A stretch of DNA of 64,000 nucleotides from Candidatus Kapaibacterium sp. (GCA_963665665.1 OY762428.1:1536001-1600000), one strand, 5' to 3'. Counted from the stretch's first letter, positions 20,724 through 31,341 are shown. Numbers and translations: made by a program. Notes: generated by a model not told the origin, from the sequence alone.

Positions 20724-20743
20724 TCAAATAATCTGAGATTGTT

Positions 20744-23500
20744 ATGAAGTGGCATTCCCTGTCAGCAGATGAAATATTAAAGCATTTTGGTTCCGATAAG
20801 AAAAAAGGCCTTGTTAGCGAACAAATTGATTACAACAGAGAAAAATTCGGTATAAACAGTCTGATGGAACAGAAGGACAAATCAATGGTACGTCTTCTGT
20901 TTGAACAGTTCAACGATCCGGTTATTTATATACTTGCCGCAGCCGCTGTTGTAACAGTTCTTGTTGGCCATGCAAAGGACAGTCTGGTTATCGGTTTTGT
21001 TATAATTTTGAATACTCTTATAGGTTTTTTCCAGGAAAGAAGGGCCGCCGACGCATTGAAAGCTTTGAAAAAAATGGCGGCACCATCAGCCAGGGTTATC
21101 AGGAACGGAAAGCAGGAAAGTGTGAGTGCCGCTGATGTTGTATGCGGAGATATAATACTTCTGGAAAGTGGGATGAGCGCCCCGGCAGACGGGCGTCTGA
21201 TAGATTCACAGAGCCTGCTGATAGATGAATCCATGCTGACAGGCGAATCATTTTCAATTGAAAAATTCCATAACCGCGAAATCAGCGAGGATGCCCCGCT
21301 CGGCGACCGGATAACTATGGTTTATTCCGGGACTATTGTACAAAAGGGAAGAGCAGCGGTAGTTGTTACTGCAGTTGGCCGTGATACGGAATTTGGTAAA
21401 ATTTCCGAAAAAGTCCTTGAAGCGGAAGAGACAATATCACCGCTTCAGAAACAAATAGAGAAGTTCAGTAAGAAGCTAAGTATTGCAATATTATCCATTA
21501 TCGTTGCAATTTTTGCTATCGGTTTTTTACGCGGGAACGAATGGATTCAAATGCTGATGACTTCCATTGGCCTTGCTGTTTCAGCAATTCCTGAAGGCTT
21601 GCCGGTATCTGTTACCATCACATTGTCGATTGGTGTTTACCAGATGGCAAAACACAAGGCAGTAGTTAAAAAACTTGCCGCCGTGGAAACCCTTGGCAGC
21701 ACAAATGTAATATGCACTGATAAAACCGGTACTCTGACAAAAAACCAGATGACAACTACGAAATACTTCCTTGGCGGCGAGGAATATGAAGTGGAAGGAT
21801 CGGGCTATCTGAACGAAGGAAAGGTAAAAGATAAAACTGGTAAAATTGTCAGTTTTAATGATAATCCCGCTGTTGAACTTGCCGCAAAAGTATCGGCGCT
21901 ATGTACAGAATCATCAATTGACCTGAAAGATAAGGAATGGGTAATCACCGGAGACCCCACTGAAGGATCGCTGCAAATTGCCGCCGAGAAAATGGAATTT
22001 CCCCTTGAAGGATGGGATGTTTCCGTTGATCTGCCTTTTGAATCTGAAATACAGATGATGGCTGTAAAAGCTACGAAAGATGATAAAAAATATGTTTTCG
22101 TAAAAGGAGCACCTGAAAAAGTTCTGGCCAGATGCAGTTCCGCAATTGATTCAGATGCTAATAATATTGATATTAACAATGATTTCCTGCTTGGGAAAAT
22201 AAAAGAATATTCCGACCAGGGACTCAGGGTGTTAACACTTGCGTACTGCGAAAAATGCACCGAAAAGCCACTGAATTTTGAAGATATTCGGGAGCTGACA
22301 TTTATCGGGTTTGCCTGTATCCAGGATTCAATCAGAAAAGAAGCTGCCGACGCCGTCCATGAATGCCATAATGCAGGGGTACGTGTTGTAATGATAACCG
22401 GAGACCATGTTCAGACGGCACGGGCCGTTGGCAAGTCAATAGGATTAGCGCCTGAAAAAGAAGTTCCGGATGCTATCAGCGGGGTGGACCTGGATGCCAT
22501 GGACGACGACGAATTATTTAACAGAGCCCCGGAACTGGATGTTTATGCCCGGGTAGCGCCTCATCATAAATTCAGGATTGTAAAGCAGCTGCAAAGGCAT
22601 AAAAACACTGTTGCCATGACAGGCGACGGCGTAAACGATGCTCCGGCCCTGAAACAGGCTGATATCGGAATAGCCATGGGCAGCGGTTCTGATGTGGCAA
22701 GGCAGGCTTCGCACATGGTGCTGCTTGACGATAATTTTGCCACGATTGTAAATGCAATTCGCCGGGGCAGGGTTATCCTGCAAAACCTGAAGCATATCAT
22801 TCTGTATATATTATGCACGAGTTTCGGAGGTATTCTAACAATTGCCACATCAGTTATTCTAGGTTTCCCCCTGCCTGTGCTTCCCGCCCAGCTTCTATGG
22901 ATAAACCTTGTAACCGACGGAACCAATACATTCCCGCTTGCCTTCGAGAAAGAACACGGCAACGTTATGCACTTCCCCCCTACTACTAAGCGAACGAGCC
23001 TTCTTACCGGCGAAATGATCCTTAGAATTTTCGGCGCCGGCCTTATTATGATGCTTGGAACGCTGGGGATATTTTACTATACTGCCGGGGACGTTTATAA
23101 TGTCAGTGGTGACGAACTTCTTAAAGCCCAGACAATGGCCTTCAGCGTGCTTGCATTTTTCCAGATATGGAATGTTCAGAATTCACGCTCGGTGGATCGT
23201 TCTCTATTCTTACGCCTGCCCCACCCGATGATGTTTCAGCCCGGAATGGAAGGGCAGAAACTGGATCCTGCCGGGCCTTTCAGAAATCCGGTATTGCTGG
23301 CTGTAATGCTTCTGTCGATATTTCTTCAGGTAGGAGCCGTGGCCCTGCCGTTTATGAATGTTGTACTTGATACTGTACCTTTGGCATTGAATGAATGGGC
23401 ATTGGTTTTCGGACTGTCATTCGGAATTATCATTATTATCGAGTTGGCAAAACTTATTGAAGCTTATCTAAATACAGCAAGAACAAGGAGGAAAGGGTAG
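20744..23500 (+). CDS. P2A-type cation (Ca2+-like) transporting P-type ATPase
   Basis: TGES, IPEGLP, CTDKTGT, KGAPE, MITGD, TGDGVNDAPALK, WINLVTD. Confidence 0.95.
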   Translation: MKWHSLSADEILKHFGSDKKKGLVSEQIDYNREKFGINSLMEQKDKSMVRLLFEQFNDPVIYILAAAAVVTVLVGHAKDSLVIGFVIILNTLIGFFQERRAADALKALKKMAAPSARVIRNGKQESVSAADVVCGDIILLESGMSAPADGRLIDSQSLLIDESMLTGESFSIEKFHNREISEDAPLGDRITMVYSGTIVQKGRAAVVVTAVGRDTEFGKISEKVLEAEETISPLQKQIEKFSKKLSIAILSIIVAIFAIGFLRGNEWIQMLMTSIGLAVSAIPEGLPVSVTITLSIGVYQMAKHKAVVKKLAAVETLGSTNVICTDKTGTLTKNQMTTTKYFLGGEEYEVEGSGYLNEGKVKDKTGKIVSFNDNPAVELAAKVSALCTESSIDLKDKEWVITGDPTEGSLQIAAEKMEFPLEGWDVSVDLPFESEIQMMAVKATKDDKKYVFVKGAPEKVLARCSSAIDSDANNIDINNDFLLGKIKEYSDQGLRVLTLAYCEKCTEKPLNFEDIRELTFIGFACIQDSIRKEAADAVHECHNAGVRVVMITGDHVQTARAVGKSIGLAPEKEVPDAISGVDLDAMDDDELFNRAPELDVYARVAPHHKFRIVKQLQRHKNTVAMTGDGVNDAPALKQADIGIAMGSGSDVARQASHMVLLDDNFATIVNAIRRGRVILQNLKHIILYILCTSFGGILTIATSVILGFPLPVLPAQLLWINLVTDGTNTFPLAFEKEHGNVMHFPPTTKRTSLLTGEMILRIFGAGLIMMLGTLGIFYYTAGDVYNVSGDELLKAQTMAFSVLAFFQIWNVQNSRSVDRSLFLRLPHPMMFQPGMEGQKLDPAGPFRNPVLLAVMLLSIFLQVGAVALPFMNVVLDTVPLALNEWALVFGLSFGIIIIIELAKLIEAYLNTARTRRKG

Positions 23501-23532
23501 TAAGGATAAACAATACGCTGATAATTATTCAT

Positions 23533-23564
23533 AAAAAAGTCAAACCCCGCCGGGTAGCGGGGTC
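23533..23564 (-). terminator. Intrinsic terminator
   Basis: ACCCCGC-CGGGTA-GCGGGGT stem with A-tract at 23533-23538. Confidence 0.65.
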
Positions 23565-23660
23565 TGCCAATAATGAACCGGTCGGCACCTGACAAAATAT
23601 ATCATCCTGATATACTCCTTCCATTGTCCGGGATGGTCCGGTCACTAATTTTTTTTTTTG

Positions 23661-24671
23661 CTATTTCAGCCCGGTAAACAAAGAAGTTCCCATACTGGTA
23701 TCAATATGTTTCACATCCCTGTACCAGCCTTCCCGCATGGTAATCCACAGATCAGTGTGAGTATATACTTCGCCCCCTTTGGTTTCCAGCATTAGCGAAA
23801 GTGATTTTACGGCTGAATCCTCGGGGCCTGTTCTCTGATCATTCAGAACATAATCATGAATAGCAATATTTCCCCCGCTGTTAATAATATCATAAGTTTT
23901 CTGCATCAGGTTAATATTATTCCATAGCGAATGCCTGTGAAGAAACATAGAACAAACAACAAGATCATAATTACCAGTAAGCTCATCAATATAAGGATTT
24001 CCTTCAATAATCCTAACCTTATCGTTTATACCGGCAGCTTCAAGAAGCCCCAGGGATTTCTTAACAACGCTCGGAAGAATCATCATATCAATTTTTAATT
24101 CCGGTTTACTATCCAGAAATTCGCGGGTATAAATTCCTGCATTATCTCCAAGCATCAGTATTTTATTTACTTTGGAAAGGTTCAGAGCCTGAACAACTTC
24201 AGGAGCACACTTACAGTCGAATCGATATTGAATGTCGAATTCACCTGCAACAAGCATTTCCAGTTGTTTTTCCTCGTTTTCCTCATCTATCTCCCCCTTT
24301 TTCACTATGTCGGTCAGTTGGCCGAATTTATCCCAAAGTGAGGAAATAGAGTTCAGATCGCCAATAAAATCCGGGCTTTGCTTTACAAGATACCAGCGGG
24401 CGCCTTTAGAATTCATATATTCGTCGCCCTGCTTGTATGTAAGCCCAATTGAACATAGGGCATTAAGAAGTTTTTCAGTTGAGCCGGGATCAGCATCAAT
24501 ATCGTGAGCAATTTCTTTAGCAGTACGGGATTCATTCCCGAGTACGGTAAAAATACCAAGCTCGTTGGCAGTCAGCAGGATTTTACTTTTCCTGAAGGAA
24601 TAGGCCAGATCAATTATCATCCCTTTTGTATCAACTTCTTTTGCCGGTAAAGAGGTAGTTCTACTTTTCAT
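23661..24671 (-). CDS. O-methyltransferase family 2 protein with N-terminal dimerisation domain
   Basis: ANELGIFT.L, LLNALCSIGL; C-terminal methyltransferase fold with GGEVYT; ATG 24671 has GGAG RBS. Confidence 0.8.
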   Translation of the reverse strand: MKSRTTSLPAKEVDTKGMIIDLAYSFRKSKILLTANELGIFTVLGNESRTAKEIAHDIDADPGSTEKLLNALCSIGLTYKQGDEYMNSKGARWYLVKQSPDFIGDLNSISSLWDKFGQLTDIVKKGEIDEENEEKQLEMLVAGEFDIQYRFDCKCAPEVVQALNLSKVNKILMLGDNAGIYTREFLDSKPELKIDMMILPSVVKKSLGLLEAAGINDKVRIIEGNPYIDELTGNYDLVVCSMFLHRHSLWNNINLMQKTYDIINSGGNIAIHDYVLNDQRTGPEDSAVKSLSLMLETKGGEVYTHTDLWITMREGWYRDVKHIDTSMGTSLFTGLK

Positions 24672-24846
24672 ATAGTCTCCTTTATTTGTATGCACCCCCT
24701 GATACACATTTTTTATCACTTGTGTAAAAGTTACAAAAGATTCCAACCAATATCAAGAATAAATATACTATAAACTGAATTTATTTCATTTTTTAAACAG
24801 AATTGCTAACTTGTATTATAGATTATTAATAATAATAGGATTGAAT

Positions 24847-25353
24847 ATGAAAAAAATTACCACATTGCTCATCATTCTTATTCTGGCTGCATGTTCATCG
24901 CAAAGATACTCTATTGATGAAATCCTCGGAAAAAATAATATTATCAAAGGCCAGCTTAACTGGACAGAATGGAAAAAACATGCCCAATGGATTGACTATG
25001 ATGCTGACAATTACAACCCTGACCAGAAAGCGCTTGAAACCCTGAAAACAGCTATTGAAAACTACCAGCCCAATTTTATCCTTTTTGCCGCTTCGTGGTG
25101 TCACGACTGCCAAAGCGAAGTTCCGAAAATCTATAAAATTTTCCGCGAGATAAATGTTTCCGAAAACTTTGTTCAGCTGATTGGAGTTGATAAAAACAAG
25201 CAGGACATAAAAGGGATGGCCGATGATATGAATATAAAAAAAGTCCCCACACTCCTGATTTTCACAGAGGGAAAGGAAAAAGGCAGGATAGTGGAATTTC
25301 CGAAATTAAGCTGGGAACAGGACATGGCCGATATTATTCTGGGCATGGAGTAA
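24847..25353 (+). CDS. Thioredoxin-family lipoprotein
   Basis: LAAC lipobox, WCHDC, VPT, GRIVEFP. Confidence 0.88.
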   Translation: MKKITTLLIILILAACSSQRYSIDEILGKNNIIKGQLNWTEWKKHAQWIDYDADNYNPDQKALETLKTAIENYQPNFILFAASWCHDCQSEVPKIYKIFREINVSENFVQLIGVDKNKQDIKGMADDMNIKKVPTLLIFTEGKEKGRIVEFPKLSWEQDMADIILGME

Positions 25354-25359
25354 AAGGTG

Positions 25360-25983
25360 CTAAAGATATATCTTAAACTCAACTGTCAGAACATTAGTAT
25401 AAATTTGCGGAACATCTTCAAGGTATGCAGAAAAGAAAAAATAAATATATCCGAATTGGCGACGGTCCAGAATCCACATAGCAGATTGGAATATTTCGCC
25501 GAATGTTTCTTCATAAGGGTTGTTTTTAAAATTTCTGTATAGCAGGCTAATTGTGTTTTTGGGATTTTCAATACCAGAAAGATCAACAATAATCGAATCT
25601 TTTAAGGTTAGCGTGTCAGTCTTTAAAACAAAACCTTTTATTCTGTCATATCTGCCCTGTTCTGCAATTTCAAGGTCATCAATCATACTTTCCACTTCAA
25701 GCCGTTTTATCAGTATCTTCAGTTTTCCGTTTGTTGTATCAATTTTGATATCATTATGTAAATATTCCAAAACATCAGAGGTAAACCCAATAGGATAATC
25801 AAAATTGCCTTCTGAATATCTCATTGACTTAATCTCTGCTTTATTAAAAGGATCAACTGTACCGGAACCTGAATCATCAAAGATCAGGTCTTTTTGCACT
25901 TTTGGATCAATTCCAAGCGAATCCTCGCATCCGAATGACAAAATTATCAGAACAACCATTAATAAAAAAACTAAATACTTCAT
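25360..25983 (-). CDS. Hypothetical lipoprotein, third gene of ECF operon 1
   Basis: MKYLVFLL...SFGC lipobox; starts 9 bp after the upstream stop. Confidence 0.7.
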   Translation of the reverse strand: MKYLVFLLMVVLIILSFGCEDSLGIDPKVQKDLIFDDSGSGTVDPFNKAEIKSMRYSEGNFDYPIGFTSDVLEYLHNDIKIDTTNGKLKILIKRLEVESMIDDLEIAEQGRYDRIKGFVLKTDTLTLKDSIIVDLSGIENPKNTISLLYRNFKNNPYEETFGEIFQSAMWILDRRQFGYIYFFFSAYLEDVPQIYTNVLTVEFKIYL

Positions 25984-25992
25984 ATTCTTAAC

Positions 25993-27219
25993 CTACAAAC
26001 AAAAAACAATACCATAATGAATTCCTATCTTCGGAGCATTAAAATAGCTGTCCGAATGTTTATAAAACAGGTTACTTCCTTCAACTCCAAGGACAAATCC
26101 ATAATCCCGGCCGGCCATGTAGCGAAGGCCTCCCATCAGCCTGCCCACGGCACCGGCTCTGCTCAAAGAGGCCCCTGCCTGCAGGAAGCCGTTTATCTTA
26201 CCGGAATTAAACAGGTAGTAACGTGCAACTGCTCCTGCACTGAACAGGTTCGGATACTGGCGGTAGCTGTAAAGCTTACCGTCATCCACACCTTCGAATT
26301 TCTGGTAGAAGAATTCCTGCCTTACATCAAGCCCTACAAACAGATTCTCATTAATACTATACAGTCCGGTTATATTCAGATTCTTCAAATCCGGAGAGGA
26401 CGACTCGGAAATATCTGCTTTTGGAAAATCAAAATAGCTGGCTCCCCGGAGTTCAAAATCAATCCCGATTTTTTCCCAAACTTCTTCGGAAACAGTTACA
26501 TTTTTTTCAGCATCTACCTTTACAGGAATAAATACAATTGATCCTAAACTTTGTTTGGGTGTATGAACAGGATTATATATCACATCTTTTGACTTTAGTT
26601 CCGGAAAATTTAAATCCATATAATGTTTTTCATCGTAATCTTTCACGGCATCATCAGTTGAAGAAACAGTTTCACCCGGGGAAGATTGATCATCTTCAGA
26701 AGCAAGAATTGGATTATTCTTTGCCTTAGATTCGTGATGTTTTGATTTATTTGCATCGTTAATATTTTCAAAAGAATCGCTGACCGGGATATTTATTTCC
26801 AGCGGTTGGCGGTATATATCAGGATTATCTGCAGCCATAATGGTATCGGCTCTCTCAGTACCGGGCATTGCTAAATATATTAAAATCGCCGTTACCGCTG
26901 ATGATAGAAGAGCTGTAAAGAAATGTGACGGCCGTGTTGCAAAAAATGATGAAATTTTGTGCCCAATAGCTGACAAACCTCCTGCCGGCGCAGGGGATTG
27001 TGGTACATTAAAACCAAGCCTGTCGAAAACAGCTATAGTAGATTTTGCTGAAGGAGCCATTCGGGCAGCATCAGACTTCATCGAATTCTCGATATTCAGC
27101 ATTTGCCGTAATTCGTGTCGGGCATCATCACTGGACGAAAGATTGGCAAAGAAGTTTGCCTCAGCTTCCGAAGTAAGCTTGCCGTCGAGAAAATCATTTA
27201 TATATTTATTGTTATCCAT
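25993..27219 (-). CDS. Putative anti-sigma factor with C-terminal outer-membrane beta-barrel-like domain
   Basis: Follows ECF sigma; I..FLDG.L N-terminus, TM near residues 99-118, polar linker, alternating strands ending IHYGIVFCL. Confidence 0.65.
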   Translation of the reverse strand: MDNNKYINDFLDGKLTSEAEANFFANLSSSDDARHELRQMLNIENSMKSDAARMAPSAKSTIAVFDRLGFNVPQSPAPAGGLSAIGHKISSFFATRPSHFFTALLSSAVTAILIYLAMPGTERADTIMAADNPDIYRQPLEINIPVSDSFENINDANKSKHHESKAKNNPILASEDDQSSPGETVSSTDDAVKDYDEKHYMDLNFPELKSKDVIYNPVHTPKQSLGSIVFIPVKVDAEKNVTVSEEVWEKIGIDFELRGASYFDFPKADISESSSPDLKNLNITGLYSINENLFVGLDVRQEFFYQKFEGVDDGKLYSYRQYPNLFSAGAVARYYLFNSGKINGFLQAGASLSRAGAVGRLMGGLRYMAGRDYGFVLGVEGSNLFYKHSDSYFNAPKIGIHYGIVFCL

Positions 27220-27251
27220 TACTAATAATCCGTTCGGGTATTAAAATCATA

Positions 27252-27815
27252 CTAACTTACAGTATCCTTTATGTAAGGAGTTAAAATTTCTTTTAGTTTC
27301 TGCCTGGCCCTGAATACTCTTGATCGGGCATTAACAGTACTTATACCACAAATATCACCGATTTCTGCATATTCCATTCCACTATAAACTTTCATAATCA
27401 GAGGTTCACGGTAGTCAGGCCCGAGAAGGTCAATAGCCATTTTTACTAGTTCCACCATTTCCATATCGGGCGAATTATCAATTGCAGGTAATATTTCTTC
27501 GAATTCTTCAATAGGAATGGTAGTCTTTTTGCCTCTCTGCTGATTCAGATACAGGTTTCGGGCTATTGTTATCAGGAATCCGATTATTGACCCGGAACAT
27601 TTATCGGCACTTGCCTTCATAAAAAACTTGTAAAATGTTTCCTGGAAAATATCACCGGCCTGTTCGGGATCGCCTGTTATTCTTATACAGTAAGCATTCA
27701 GCCTGGTCGAATATCGGTCATATATTTCAGTAAATGCCGCTTCTGCTTCAGTTTTTTCTTTCTGAAGCATTTTCAGCAATTCAATATCAGGATATGACGC
27801 GAGTTTTTTCTTCAT
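27252..27815 (-). CDS. ECF sigma-70 factor
   Basis: AFTEIYDRY, AGDIFQETF, IARN, Y.EI, SRVFRARQKL. Confidence 0.93.
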   Translation of the reverse strand: MKKKLASYPDIELLKMLQKEKTEAEAAFTEIYDRYSTRLNAYCIRITGDPEQAGDIFQETFYKFFMKASADKCSGSIIGFLITIARNLYLNQQRGKKTTIPIEEFEEILPAIDNSPDMEMVELVKMAIDLLGPDYREPLIMKVYSGMEYAEIGDICGISTVNARSRVFRARQKLKEILTPYIKDTVS

Positions 27816-27851
27816 TTCAAACCAAAAAAATAGTAATCTATATAATTCATA

Positions 27852-27877
27852 TACTCAAAAAAGGTTTGAACGTTGCA
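27852..27877 (-). promoter_or_regulatory. Putative autoregulatory ECF promoter
   Basis: TGCAAC-N16-AGTA 36 bp upstream of the sigma start. Confidence 0.35.
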
Positions 27878-28166
27878 ACAGAAAATAATAAAAAAATAAA
27901 AATCATATTGAATTTTTTCAGAAAAATCCATTATCAACAATAAATCATGTTGGCAAAATTTTATAATGTGCATTATTATTATTGTGATACCATTGATTAA
28001 ATAATATCATTTTGGAAATCCAACCCTTCACTAATTGATTCTCCCTTAGATACTCATGTTTTCTGAAAGGCATCTTTTTTAATTATGCTAAAACTATTAC
28101 TAATTTTTACCGTAAATAAAAACAATGACTTTAATTACTGAATAAATATATTAACAGGCAGAGAAA

Positions 28167-28760
28167 ATGGGACTTGAAGAACAGGGAGGCAGGCCAAGCG
28201 GCAAAACCGGGATTTTCTTCGGGAAAATGATGAATTTGTTTCATACCGGCTTTTACAAAAAATATTATTCAAAAATCCTTCCGGATACCCCGGCTCAACT
28301 ACTGGACATTGGCTGCGGTGGCGGCAGGCTTATACATCATCTGTCCGGAAAACACAAAGACTATAAAGTATTCGGGCTTGATCACTCTGAGGAGATGGTA
28401 GCTCTTTCGAAAAAAATAAATTCGGAATTGATCAGTTCGGGCAGGGTAAGCATAGAAGCCGGATCGGTTGGGAACCTGCCATTTGCAGGGGAAACCATGA
28501 ATATTATTACTGCAAACGAAACGGTTCAGTTCTGGCCTGATATTCAAATAGCATTTTCCGAGATATACAGGGTTTTGAAATCCGGCGGCAACTTTTTTAT
28601 TATCAACAGGTATCCGCCCGAAGGCAGCAAATGGCGGAAAATAGCCAAACTTAAAAGCGGGGATGATTTTGCAGAAGCTTTCAAAAAAGCCGGTTTTCAG
28701 AATATTGAAATTGACCTGGAAACAAGAAAAGGATGGATTTTAACCAAAACAACGAAATAG
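28167..28760 (+). CDS. Class I SAM-dependent methyltransferase
   Basis: LLDIGCGGG, GLDHS, LPF, EIYRVLKSGG. Confidence 0.92.
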   Translation: MGLEEQGGRPSGKTGIFFGKMMNLFHTGFYKKYYSKILPDTPAQLLDIGCGGGRLIHHLSGKHKDYKVFGLDHSEEMVALSKKINSELISSGRVSIEAGSVGNLPFAGETMNIITANETVQFWPDIQIAFSEIYRVLKSGGNFFIINRYPPEGSKWRKIAKLKSGDDFAEAFKKAGFQNIEIDLETRKGWILTKTTK

Positions 28761-28764
28761 CAAT

Positions 28765-29208
28765 ATGAAAAAACTTTATATACCGCCTACGCTGATTGCA
28801 TATTGTGCAATTTTAATGTTGGTTTGTTTTGTCTTTCTGCCGCAATACAACATGATAAAATTCCCTTTTAACCTGGTTGGTTTATTAATTGCTTTTTTGG
28901 GTTTTTACTTAATGGGAAAGGTACGGGACATGTTCAAAAAATATGAAACGACCTTGAAAATTGAAACCTCGCGGCATCTGATTGACGAAGGAGTTTTTTC
29001 AAAATCGCGAAACCCGATGTACCTGGGAATGTTCTTCCTGATAATTGGATTTTCCGTATTTTCAACTAATGTAATTTCTCTATTATTGCCCTTTGCCTTT
29101 TTAATGGCCGTCCGTTTGATATTTGTACCCAAAGAAGACAAATTAATGCTTGAACAATTCGGAAATAATTACCTGGAATACAAGAAGAAAGTAAGAATGT
29201 GGATATAG
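28765..29208 (+). CDS. Isoprenylcysteine carboxyl methyltransferase/PEMT family protein
   Basis: G.FSKSRNPMYLG and FG..Y.EYKKKVRMWI. Confidence 0.88.
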   Translation: MKKLYIPPTLIAYCAILMLVCFVFLPQYNMIKFPFNLVGLLIAFLGFYLMGKVRDMFKKYETTLKIETSRHLIDEGVFSKSRNPMYLGMFFLIIGFSVFSTNVISLLLPFAFLMAVRLIFVPKEDKLMLEQFGNNYLEYKKKVRMWI

Positions 29209-29395
29209 GTTCTGTTAATAGAACGAGTAACTGAAATGAATAAAATCCGGATAATTTGATATTTAACAGAATTTTTTTTTGAATTTTTATCGGAATGACT
29301 GCATTTTTTCAAATACTGACCATAAGCTAAAGCAAGTGGCTATATTAAATATAATTACTTACAAATTTTGCTTTTTAAAAAACAAACCAGATCAC

Positions 29396-29446
29396 ATCTT
29401 CTTTGTATTTTATGGACACATGAAACGTAAAAAGGTCTCAGAGAGA
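29396..29446. repeat. 51-bp direct repeat, copy 1 (contains ECF-like promoter on minus strand)
   Basis: 47/51 identical to 31473-31523 by manual alignment. Confidence 0.8.
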
Positions 29447-29459
29447 GAAATATCATTTC

Positions 29460-31298
29460 CTACCTCCTAATAACAATCTTCTTTACAATACCTCTGTTGG
29501 TGCTGATCCTGAGGATGTAAATACCAGGAAGTATTTTGATTAACGGAATCGAAATCGATTTGTTATCACTGTCGGCTACATATTTTTCAATAAAGTTTTC
29601 GTTTTTATCAAGCAGTTTAAGAGAGCGAAATGTTAAATCCTGAATATCTGAAGTCACAATCCATTCACCGGATGAATTCTCCCTGACATTAATATCTTCA
29701 TCGCTTATTGAAGGAATTTCAATAACAACTGTTTTCTCCTGAAGGTAGGGATATCCGTCATTTATTTCCGGATCGATAGCCCAAACATTTTCAAAATCCC
29801 ATCCGGCCTCAAGGAAAGTATTTATGTCCTTCATATCAGCAGTTGGCAGGCCGGTGGCATTTTCAGATATATTAACGCCGCTAAGCTCGTTGTCCCAAAA
29901 GCAGGAAGTTATCCAAATCCTGTTTGTATCTCCATAGTACTTGCCGTTAAAACCGGATATTTCGGCAGAACAATCCATTTCACCTGCCCAGTAGCAGTTC
30001 TTTATCTGATTATCAGTATATTCTGAATTAATAAAACCACAAAAACCAAAGGCAGAAGAATCAGCTTTTAAATTAATCCTTGAATAACAGTTGACAATAC
30101 TTGAATTATAACCAGGTTCCATGTTCATTCCACCACAAAAACCGCTTATGTTTTTATGTCCTGTAATCTCGCCTGTACAATAACATTCAGAGATATGATT
30201 CTGATCGGATTCAATTTGTCCATTGAAACAGCAAAATCCGTACAAACCGCTGTATCCGGTTATACTGCCCTCGGCTCTGCAATGTGATATAATACTCGAA
30301 TCCGCATAATTATTTGATGTCCCGTTACAATAGCAAAACAGAGCAACATTGGAATCGTAATAATCTGAGTTTGCAGAATCTACAATGCAGCTGCTATAAC
30401 TATTTATGATCTTATTGCTATTTTCATAACAGAATCCTCCGAAACAATGTGCATTATGAACATGGAAATCAGCGCTGCAACTATCAATAATCCCATGATT
30501 TATAAAACAAAAACCTCCGGAATTATCAAAATAATCCATTTTACCATTAGACTCGCAATTTCTTATTGTTCCATGATTTCTATTGCAAAAGCCTCCGCTC
30601 CAATTTCCTGAAAAATTGACAATAGCAACACAATTCTCAATAACCCCGCCATTTAATTTGCAGAAACCACCCGCATTAGCAATTCGTTCATTCTTAATCT
30701 CACATTTGCAGTTTCTTATTATTGAATTCGAGGCTACTGCACAAAATCCTCCGAAATATTGATAGCCTTCTGATAGCAATCCCGAAACTTCACAATTTTC
30801 GATAATATTGATTTCATCCGTATTCTTGTTTGAAATACTTCCAAACATCAAAGCAACCGTCGTAAAATCCATCGATATTTCACATTTGGTCCCGACTTCC
30901 ATATCAATTATTCTCAGATCGTGAATATGAAATCCATCTCCGGCATAATTGAAGAAAGCAGAAGTATTTCCCTGCTTCATATTTACACAAATATTCGAAA
31001 TCGTTTTGTTGTTCCCATCCAGTTCTCCTGTAAAAGGCTCAATTAGCGTTCCTGGCTCATAACTTGATACTTTTCCTATCCCAATAAAGCCATCGCCGTC
31101 ATTCCAATCCCTTGTCTCGGAGGCATCAATATCATTCATCAGAATGTAGTGGGCTGCAAGGTCGTCGTTCATTTCCTGTAGTTGTTCCACAGTTGTTATC
31201 CTGTATGGATCGTCGGGCGTTCCGCTGCCTTCTCCGGAAAACCCCCGAAGAATATTCGTGGCAAATATTAAAATCAAAAGAGTAATGAATACTTTCAT
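29460..31298 (-). CDS. Secreted Cys-rich GLUG-like repeat protein with T9SS-type C-terminal domain
   Basis: GSGTPDDPYRI..VEQL, Y.LMNDIDAS, PFTG.LDGN, repeated GGFC..N.G.I.NC, AGWDFENVW...N.GYPYL, PGIYILRI tail. Confidence 0.85.
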   Translation of the reverse strand: MKVFITLLILIFATNILRGFSGEGSGTPDDPYRITTVEQLQEMNDDLAAHYILMNDIDASETRDWNDGDGFIGIGKVSSYEPGTLIEPFTGELDGNNKTISNICVNMKQGNTSAFFNYAGDGFHIHDLRIIDMEVGTKCEISMDFTTVALMFGSISNKNTDEINIIENCEVSGLLSEGYQYFGGFCAVASNSIIRNCKCEIKNERIANAGGFCKLNGGVIENCVAIVNFSGNWSGGFCNRNHGTIRNCESNGKMDYFDNSGGFCFINHGIIDSCSADFHVHNAHCFGGFCYENSNKIINSYSSCIVDSANSDYYDSNVALFCYCNGTSNNYADSSIISHCRAEGSITGYSGLYGFCCFNGQIESDQNHISECYCTGEITGHKNISGFCGGMNMEPGYNSSIVNCYSRINLKADSSAFGFCGFINSEYTDNQIKNCYWAGEMDCSAEISGFNGKYYGDTNRIWITSCFWDNELSGVNISENATGLPTADMKDINTFLEAGWDFENVWAIDPEINDGYPYLQEKTVVIEIPSISDEDINVRENSSGEWIVTSDIQDLTFRSLKLLDKNENFIEKYVADSDNKSISIPLIKILPGIYILRISTNRGIVKKIVIRR

Positions 31299-31341
31299 TC
31301 CAACCACCTTTATTGGTTTTGTAATATTTTTATTTCAAATG

